This document shows positions 56,328 through 64,000 of a stretch of DNA of 64,000 nt, in pieces. The stretch's first letter is position 1. Each line of letters starts with the position of its first letter. A program made the translations under genes and the position numbers. The DNA is from an uncultured Planctomycetota bacterium (GTDB taxonomy: Bacteria > Planctomycetota > Planctomycetia > Isosphaerales > Isosphaeraceae), in contig CAWJTV010000043.1 of assembly GCA_963845755.1 (NCBI GenBank), forward strand, positions 32,001-96,000. Reading direction: 5' to 3'. The notes under the pieces were generated by a model. It was given only the letters and a program-made list of their open reading frames with translations, was not told the DNA's origin and ran no database searches.

Positions 56328-57656
56328 ATGTCGCCAACAATCCCTCGAATCCTCATCGGGCTTGGGTCGCTCATCACCCTATTGTTCATCACGGTCGGCT
56401 GTAACCAAGCGCTGACGGCCAGGGCCGACCAGGCGGCCGTCGCGCCTGTCATGCGAGTGGAGGTCGTGCGGCCCGAACGTGCGATGATACGCCGGTCCAT
56501 TGAGGAGCCCGGACAGATCGAGCCGTACGAGGTGACCGAGATCCATGCCAAGGTCTCGGGCTACGTTCAACAGTGGAACGCGGACATCGGCGCCAAGGTC
56601 ACCAAGGGTCAGGTGCTGGCCGTCCTGAGCGTGCCCGAACTCGATGCGGAAGCCGAGCAAAAACAGGCCCTGGCCGAGGAGTCCGAGGCCATGCTTGCGC
56701 AGGCCAAGGCGAATGAGGACGTTGCGCTGGCCAACCTGTACAGCACTCAGGCCAAGCTGGAAGAAGTGCGGGCCGGCATCAAGCGGGCCGATGCCGACCT
56801 CTCGCGCTGGCACGCCGAATACAAGCGCATCGAAGAACTCTTCCACCAGCGGGCGCAGACCGGCAGCCTCCTCGATGAGACACGCAGCAAGCTCAAGTCG
56901 TCCGAGTCGGCGCGTGAGGAAGTTGAGGCCCAGATCCATACGGCCGATGCCGCCGTCCGCCAAGGGACAGCCATGCTCGCGAAGGCCCGCGCCGACGTGA
57001 AGGCCGCCGGGTCGAGAATCAAAGTCGCCAGGTCCGACGCCCGACGCACCGAGGCCTTCCGAACGTATTGCACGATCGTTGCACCCTACGATGGAGTCGT
57101 CGCCCGACGGCACGTCAACGTCGGCGACCTGACCGAGACCGGGCCCCACGGCCAACCTCTGTTCCTCGTCGTTCGCGACGACATCGTGCGGATCATCGTC
57201 AGCGTGCCTGAGATGTATGCCCCGCAGGTCAACCCCGGTGACCGGGTCCTGATTCGCCTGCAAGCCCTCGCCGCCCAGCCCTTAGAGGGCAAGGTGACCC
57301 GAACCTCATGGATCCTCGACGCCAAGAACCGGACGATCCGCACAGAGATCGATGTCCCGAACCCCAAGGCAACACTGCGGCCCGGTCTCTACGCTTATGC
57401 GACTGTGATTGTAGACGAACATCCCGGCGCCATGACCGTGCCCAGTACCGCGCTGGTCCATGAGGATTCGAGAACGTACTGCGTCGTAGTCGTCGATGGG
57501 AAGGCGGTCCGGAAACCCATCACCGTGGGTCTGGAGGACAGTTCCCGCTCTGAGATCCTTTCTGGCCTCCGAGAAGACGATGCGGTCGTGAAAGCCTATG
57601 CGTCCTCACTAGCAAATGGACAACCTGTCCAGCCCACGATTCCCACCGGAAAATGA
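56328..57656 (+). CDS. RND membrane fusion protein (lipoprotein)
   Basis: ITVGC lipobox, AKVSGYV, long coiled coil, APYDGVV and LRPGLYA motifs. Confidence 0.9.
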   Translation: MSPTIPRILIGLGSLITLLFITVGCNQALTARADQAAVAPVMRVEVVRPERAMIRRSIEEPGQIEPYEVTEIHAKVSGYVQQWNADIGAKVTKGQVLAVLSVPELDAEAEQKQALAEESEAMLAQAKANEDVALANLYSTQAKLEEVRAGIKRADADLSRWHAEYKRIEELFHQRAQTGSLLDETRSKLKSSESAREEVEAQIHTADAAVRQGTAMLAKARADVKAAGSRIKVARSDARRTEAFRTYCTIVAPYDGVVARRHVNVGDLTETGPHGQPLFLVVRDDIVRIIVSVPEMYAPQVNPGDRVLIRLQALAAQPLEGKVTRTSWILDAKNRTIRTEIDVPNPKATLRPGLYAYATVIVDEHPGAMTVPSTALVHEDSRTYCVVVVDGKAVRKPITVGLEDSSRSEILSGLREDDAVVKAYASSLANGQPVQPTIPTGK

Positions 57657-57794
57657 CGCGGCGCTCGTGGCAGAAAGCGATGCCGTATTCCCCAACAGCG
57701 TCGCAGCGCGATCGCACTCCGCTTGACAGAGGCGACACAATCGTGAAATCTGTTCCTGGGGATCTCCGGTCGGGTCACACTCAAGGAGAATCCC

Positions 57795-58352
57795 ATGCGA
57801 CTGAAGTTGGCAAAGGGCATCTCCGCGGTAGTGGTCTCCATCGTGACGGTGGGGACTCTACTCGCGGGAGATGCCGTTGAATCGGGGCTGAAGGTCGGTG
57901 AAGCCGTCAACCCGTTCCAGGTTGACGACATCACTGGCCCGAACAAGGGCACGACCCTCTGCTACCGGTGAATGTATGGTTCGTGCCCGGTGGTCTGCGT
58001 CTTCGTCCGCAAGACCTCCGAGCCCTTGGCCAGTTTGGTCAAGCAGATCGATCGAAAGGTTGAAGCAAACGACCCGCTCAAGAGTTTCGTCGTGGTCATG
58101 ACCAAAGAACCCGGCAAGATCCCGGAGGAACTCCGAAAGCTGGCGCAGGATGGTACGATCAAAAACGTTCCACTCACGATGTACGGAGAACCCGGCGGGC
58201 CTCCCGACTACGAGTTGTCCAGGGATGCCGACATCACGGTCTTGATGTGGAAGAACGGTCAAGTCAAGATTAAACGCGCCTACAAGGGCGATCTGACCGA
58301 GAAAGACATCGAGGCCATCGTGGCCGACATTCCCAAACTCCTCGGCGATTGA
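57795..58352 (+). CDS. Secreted thioredoxin-fold-like protein with in-frame TGA in a C-x-x-(U) motif; probable selenoprotein
   Basis: AAGGAGA RBS and ATG 57795, signal peptide, SGLKVGE..PF.V.DITGPNKG.TLCYR-TGA(57969-57971)-MYGSCPVVCVF; in frame through to the stop at 58352. Confidence 0.75.
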
Positions 58353-58521
58353 ACGGAGGTGCCCTCCTGTCGGGGGGCAAGCCAATCCACCACTACCGAC
58401 CCGACCAATGAATCCCTCGCGACCCGGGCGTGTGTCCCGGGTCGCGTCGTTTTGCCCTCGATTCAGGACCCCGTGGTCAAGAGATCCGTCCCCTCGGTCG
58501 AGCGGACGTTGCCGAAGGACG

Positions 58522-59584
58522 TTAATGGATCCCTCGCATCCCAAGCGCGACCGCCTCGGGGTTCGTCGCAAGGCGCAGGGCTTCGGTGCCGGAAATGACC
58601 TTCTCGTTGTGCAGGTCAACCAGGTGTTGATCGAACCGCTGCATGCCCTGCTCTCGGGTGTTGATGTAGTCGCTGATCTCGCCGAGCCGGTGCTCCAGGA
58701 TGAACTTGGAGGTGACCGGGCCCCCCCGGAGGATCTCCATGATCGCGCGCCTCTGATCATCACGCGTGACGGCCAGTCGCTGAGAGATGACCGCCGTGAG
58801 CGATCCAGCCAGTTGGGATGTGGCGATCTCGCGCTCCTCGGGGGGGATCATCGCCAGGATCCGTTCGATCGTCTGGGATGCATTCGAGCTGTGCACCGTG
58901 GTGAAGACCTGATGGCCGGTGTCGGCGGCGCGAAGGGCCATGCGCATCGTCTCGCTGTCGCGCACCTCGCCGACGAGGATCACGTCTGGGTCTTGCCGCA
59001 AGGCCTGGCGCAGTCCATGCTCGAACGAGGGCGTGTCCCGGCCCACTTCGAGCTGCGAGATCATGGCTTTTTGGTTCGTGTGAACGTACTCGATCGGATC
59101 CTCGATCGTGACGATCTTGCAGTGGTAGGTCGTATTGATCAGGTCGAACCATTGCAGCCAGTGTCGTGGACTTGCCGCTCCCGGTCGTCCCGGTGACGAG
59201 AGTCAATCCACGCGGAGAGAGGGTGATGTCCTTGATGACCGGAGGAAGCTGGAGCTCGTCCAGCGTGCGGATCTTCAGTGAGATCACCCGCATAACCAGC
59301 GCAGGGGTCCCCATGTGACTGTAAACGTTGCAGCGGAACCGGGCCAGCCCGGCGATTCCGTAGGAAAAATCGAGGCCGTCAAACATAGCCGCGGGCAACG
59401 CTTCGGCGGTCAGGCCCGGTTTGATCGATCGGATGAACGGGCTCAAGTCCTGGTCGGTGACCGGCGGGGCCTCAACAACTCGGATCAGCCCGTTGATGCG
59501 CAACAGCGGCGAAGCACCGATCTGGAAGTGAAGGTCGGACGCGCCTTGCTCCACGGCGAACCGGAGCAGTTGATCGAAATTCAT
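58522..59584 (-). CDS. pilT: PilT/PilU type IV pilus retraction ATPase (frameshift near 59145)
   Basis: GASDLHF, VTGTTGSGKSTTLAA, TIEDPIEY, ALRQDPDVILVGEVRD and TGHQVFTTVH motifs. Confidence 0.92.
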
Positions 59585-59912
59585 GGCAGCTCCGATTCCC
59601 AGTGGACTCGGCAAGTGACAAGTGCATCACTTTAGCACAATCTGATGACAAGGCCAAGACCCAAGCGAGGATTCGGCCAGTGGACATCGCCTATCGAATC
59701 ATCGATCGGCTCATGTAGGGATCTGGCTCTCCGAGTCGACAGGTTCCCCTGCCCGACCATGGAGACGCCCCGACCGTCTGCAAGCGAGCTAATGAATAGC
59801 CCACGCACACTTTAACGCTTCATCCGGGCTTGTCATCCGACTTTCGCGACCCAATACTGAATGAAAGGCATTCCGCGTTCATTTCCGGTCCACTGAAAGA
59901 GAGGCTGATGCG

Positions 59913-61091
59913 ATGATACGCCCGATTGCGAGCCGTCGCGGGTTTACCTTGATCGAGCTTCTGGTCGTCATCGCGATCATCGGCGTCCTGATCGCGCTCC
60001 TCTTACCGGCAGTACAGTCGGCGCGAGAATCGGCGCGGCGGACCCAGTGCGTCAACAACTTGAAGCAGTTGGGGCTGGCCGTGCAGAGCTACATCACTCA
60101 GTCCAACGTACTGCCGGCGCAGACGACCCAAAACGCCTTGATCGTGAACGGAAAGACCGGCGTCCAATGGTGGGTGTCGTGGACCGCGAGCCTGTTGCCT
60201 CAGATCGAGCAACAGCCGCTGTACAACGCCCTGAACTTCAACGCCCCGATGCTGGAGATGGCGTCGCCGTTTTCGGGCACCAACACGACCGTCGCCCTGA
60301 CGACGATCAGTATTCTGCTCTGTCCGTCCGAGAGTGAGAACCGGAACCTGAGCTTCTCCTTTACCGCCGGCACAAGCGGCTACCCGGGGCAATTCGCCGT
60401 GACGAATTACGCGAGCAACTACGGTGGTCCGGCCACGATCAGGGCCTGTAGCGGGACGATCGTCCCCAGCATGGGGAAGAACAACCTGGTGTTCAACCTG
60501 ATCACACAGGCCGGTGAGAAGCCGCCTGCGTCGGCGGGGCCGGTCCGGGTTCAGACGATCATCGACGGCACTTCGACGACGGCATTATTTAGTGAGCATC
60601 TGCTAGGGAATAGTAGCCTCACGTCCGTCCCGGCCACACGCGTCACCCCTGGCGGCACCAATGGTAAGCGCGGGCTGTTCCAGATTGCGGTCAACCTCCT
60701 CATCGATCAGTCGAGCGCGACCAACACTCAGTCGTTCGTCGCCGCCTGCAAATCTGTGCCAGTCACCACGCAGGCCACGTTCGACGGCAGCTTCGGAGCC
60801 CAGTGGCTCTTGAGTACCGACTACGCGACCGCGAACAATGCGTATAGCCACTTCATGGCGCCCAACTCACTCTCCTGTACGGGAACACCCGACGCGTCCA
60901 CCTTCATCTCGAACTCGACGTGGGGCGGGATCGGGGCGGCCATCACGGCGACCAGCAATCATCCCGCCGGGGTCAACGTCGCCTTCGCGGATGGCTCGGT
61001 GAAATTCGTCAAGGACTCAATCAACATTCAAACCTGGTGGGGCCTCGGGACTCGTTCCGGCAAGGAGATCATCGGGGCCGATGCGTATTGA
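59913..61091 (+). CDS. DUF1559 prepilin-type N-methylation protein
   Basis: [28 protein letters not shown] and [14 protein letters not shown] motifs. Confidence 0.95.
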   Translation: MIRPIASRRGFTLIELLVVIAIIGVLIALLLPAVQSARESARRTQCVNNLKQLGLAVQSYITQSNVLPAQTTQNALIVNGKTGVQWWVSWTASLLPQIEQQPLYNALNFNAPMLEMASPFSGTNTTVALTTISILLCPSESENRNLSFSFTAGTSGYPGQFAVTNYASNYGGPATIRACSGTIVPSMGKNNLVFNLITQAGEKPPASAGPVRVQTIIDGTSTTALFSEHLLGNSSLTSVPATRVTPGGTNGKRGLFQIAVNLLIDQSSATNTQSFVAACKSVPVTTQATFDGSFGAQWLLSTDYATANNAYSHFMAPNSLSCTGTPDASTFISNSTWGGIGAAITATSNHPAGVNVAFADGSVKFVKDSINIQTWWGLGTRSGKEIIGADAY

Positions 61092-61160
61092 TTCGGATTT
61101 CGGATTCCCGACCTCGGATCGACGAATACATCGACTGTGGGCTTCGGGAATCCGGAGTCG

Positions 61161-62824
61161 TTAATTCGCAACAGGAATCATGCCGGGAAACACGAAGGCA
61201 TAGAGCATCACGATCGCGCCGACCAGGCACGCCAGGGCGATGCTGTGCTTAAAGACGAACTTGAAAATCGCCGCTTCATTTCCGACCTGGTGGGTCGCAG
61301 TGCTTGAGACGACGATCGACTGGGCGTCAATCATCTTGCCCATGACGCCGCCGCTCGAATTGGCAGATGCCATCAGGATCGGGCTGATACCCAGCCGCTC
61401 GGCCGTGACTTTCTGAAGGTTGCCGAATAGCGCGTTCGAGCCGGCGTCGGTGCCCGTCAGCGCGACGCCCAGCCAGCCGAGCAACGTGCCGAAGAACGGA
61501 TACGCGGGACCGGTTCGAGTCAGGCTCAGGCCGAGGACGGTATCCATCCCCGAGTATCGCGTGACATAAGCCAGTCCGACCATGAAGCTGATCGCCAGAA
61601 GCGACGGAGTCAGGTGGAACACCGTGCGGACGAAGGTCCGGGCGATCCGAGCCGGGCTCATGCGCAGGATCAGTGCCGCCAGGACCGCGCCAGGAAAACC
61701 GCCGTGCCGGGCAATGACAGAAAATTCAGGTCGGCGATCGCATCCTCGGGGACGGGCTCCGGGACCACAGGCGGGATGCGCATCACGGCGCGATGCAACA
61801 TCGGCATCGGCGGCTTCAAGTAGTCCGACGTCAGGTGGCGTACGATCCACGGCTGGGCCCACACGAAGATGAACGCGGAGGCTAGCAAGAACGGGGACCA
61901 TCCCTTAAGGACCGACGCCAGCGTATGGCGGCGGGTCGGATCCAGCCGCGTCTCGAGATCGTCGCTACGGCCGGAGTCATCCGCGGGAGCGACGGCGGTC
62001 TCCAGGATCGTCCTCGGCCGCCACACCTTGAGGAAGGCGACCATTGTTAACAGGGAGAAGAGGGCCGCGATGATGTCGACCAGACCAGATTCCTGGTAAT
62101 TGGACCAGTAGAACTGCACTCCTGCGAACGAGAGTCCGCTCACAACGAGCGCCGGCCAGACCTCGACGGTCTCGCGCCATCCGACCATGGTCCGGACTAG
62201 CCAGAGCGGGAGGATCGCCGACAGCGGGGGCAGGATCCGGCCGGTCATGGCGCTCAGGGCCGATTCGGGAAGTCCGGTGACCGTGGCCAGCGTGCGAATC
62301 GGATTTCCAACTCCACCCCAGGCCACCGGTGCGGTATTGGCGAGTAGACAGAGCGTCGCCGCCTCGAACGGTTCGAAGCCAAGTCCGATCAGGAACGAGC
62401 CGGCGATCGCCACCGGCGCTCCACCGCCGCCGGTGCCTTCCAGGAAGGCTCCGAAGCAGAACGCGATCAGGATCACTTGGAGCCGCCGGTCGGCCGAAAG
62501 CGCTGCGATCGACTCCTTCATGACCTGGAATTGCCCGGTCTCCACGGCGATGTGATACAAGAAGATCGAGGCCACGATGACCCAGGCGATCCGCAAAAGG
62601 CCAAAGAGGAAACCGAGGACTCCCGACCCGGCGACCATTGCCGCGGGCATCCCGAACACAAACCGGGCCAGGACGACCGACATCAGGAAACCGGCCAGGG
62701 CCGCAACCCAGACCCGTGCCCTGAGCACGATCAGCACGAAGAAGAGCGTGACCACCGGAAGCGCCGAGACGAGCGTTGACAACGGCCAGGCATTCAGTGG
62801 GTCGTAGTCTTGAGACCAGGTCAT
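61161..62824 (-). CDS. lctP: L-lactate permease (frameshift near 61695)
   Basis: W.Q.YDPL, D.RLQ..LIAF.FGAFLEG, ANTAPVA.G, LTGTDAGSNALFG and GGVMGKMIDAQS motifs. Confidence 0.92.
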
Positions 62825-62833
62825 CTTCCTCCT

Positions 62834-63494
62834 TCATTCAGAGTAGCTAGTGTGGCGATCTTGTGCCGGCTCCTCGCACCAACATGCTCGATTACGTATG
62901 GACGACGCGAGCCTCCGATAGTCTGCGAGAATCGCTTCCAGCCCTCGAGCATTCCTATCCTCCCAGAACTCCTCATAAAGCCGCTCGATCGCCTCGAACT
63001 TATCCGGGCCCGTGTCGAATGGCATGAAGTTAATTTTAACTCCTGATCTCCAAACGGTTTGCGTCTAGCATGTTTTCGGCGATTTGGGCGGAATGTTGAT
63101 ATCTAGCTCGTTCCATGCGGCCTGTATCCAGGGCGTTTTCGATCTGGGCATCGAGCGAGCATATCTAAACTATTTCTGATAGTGGAGGGGAAAATCGACC
63201 CTAAGTGCAATCGGACACTATCTTTACGCTTAACTTAATGCCATTCGGGCCCGTGTCCTCTCGAAGGATAATCTCCGACCAATCCGATTTCACGCAGGAA
63301 TCCAGCCGGACGGCCAACCACTCCCGGAACCCGGAGAGGCCGCTGTTCCTCACGTTGGGGGGAAGATTTCCCAAAGCGGAATCAAAACCGCGGCGGAACA
63401 TCACTGCAAGATCGAAGTCCTTGCGGCCCACATACATTTGAGGATGTTTACAGATGTTGCTAACTAGTTCGCGGAAGGATTGATTGTCCATCAC
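62834..63494 (-). pseudogene. Small hypothetical gene (about 139 aa reconstructed) interrupted by a MITE
   Basis: ORF 63201..63494 reads ...ILREDTGP and ORF 62834..63025 resumes DTGPDKFEAIERL. Removing 63017-63246 plus one target duplication restores a single frame. Confidence 0.85.
63017..63246. mobile_element. 230-bp non-autonomous IS4-family-like MITE
   Basis: TIRs gaatggcatgaagttaa (63017-63033) and ttaacttaatgccattc (63230-63246) match 16/17; 11-bp target duplication gggcccgtgtc at 63006-63016 and 63247-63257. Confidence 0.9.
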
Positions 63495-63521
63495 TTCCTC
63501 CTGGCGGGTTTCAACTTGCGT

Positions 63522-64000
63522 TTAAGGACGGATCACCGTGCCGTCGCGGCGGCGGGTGGTTCCCCAGTTGAAGTCGAAAGACGGGTCGTCTCGGATCGGG
63601 TACTTGGCGGCGAGCTTCTCGTCGATGTCGATGCCCAGTCCCGGGGCCTCGTGGGCGTACAGGTTGCCGTCCTTGGTCTCGGGGCAGCCGGGGAACACGG
63701 CGCGGGTTTCGGGCGGGAAGACGCCGCCCTCGTGTATGCCGAAATTCGGGCTGGCCAGCTCCAGGGCCAGTTGAGCAGCGTGGGCGATCGGGGAGGCGTC
63801 GCTGGGTCCATGCCAGGCGGTTTTCACACCGAAGAATTCGCAGAGCGCCGCCACCTTGCGCGCCATGCTCAGGCCGCCGATCTGCGAGATGTGAATGCGG
63901 ATGAAGTCGATCAGTCGCCCGGCGATCAGCGGCAGGTATTCTTGCTGCGTGTTGAAAAGCTCCCCCATTGCGATCGGGACGCTCGACTGCTGCCGGATCA
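63522..64000 (-). CDS. Enolase-superfamily acid-sugar dehydratase (RspA/ManD-like), C-terminal part
   Basis: PIAMGELF, IDFIR.H....GG, TAWHGP.D.SP, PNFGI.E and PGLGID motifs; runs off the window end. Confidence 0.85.
   Translation of the reverse strand, partial: IRQQSSVPIAMGELFNTQQEYLPLIAGRLIDFIRIHISQIGGLSMARKVAALCEFFGVKTAWHGPSDASPIAHAAQLALELASPNFGIHEGGVFPPETRAVFPGCPETKDGNLYAHEAPGLGIDIDEKLAAKYPIRDDPSFDFNWGTTRRRDGTVIRP

Overview
GC-rich bacterial DNA with strong Planctomycetota (Isosphaeraceae-like) signatures: DUF1559 prepilin-like genes, TIGR02999-type ECF sigma/Ser-Thr kinase pairs, ASPIC/UnbV proteins and a LEDRRLL leader. Many genes are split by single-base frameshifts, most likely long-read assembly errors. 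Left third: an intact tRNA-Val(TAC) at 19971-20043 (-) is followed by three copies of its 3' half (15943, 13584, 7186). These delimit three tandem 2.4-6.4 kb inserts, and probably a fourth running off the window. None encodes a recognisable integrase, but every junction carries the same motifs at the same spacing, which suggests a tRNA-anchored, trans-mobilised cassette array. The cargo is signalling kinases, ECF sigma factors and a lactonase-like hydrolase. Middle: an NSAR/OSBS-M20-GNAT amino-acid operon, then a ROK/DUF1559/ASPIC/multiheme-cytochrome locus, then a Cus-type metal efflux cluster with an antisense vapD. Right: a PadR-cytochrome-RND operon, a probable CxxU selenoprotein missed by the ORF track (57795-58352), pilT, a second DUF1559 gene, a lactate permease, a small gene split by a 230-bp IS4-like MITE, and an enolase-superfamily dehydratase.
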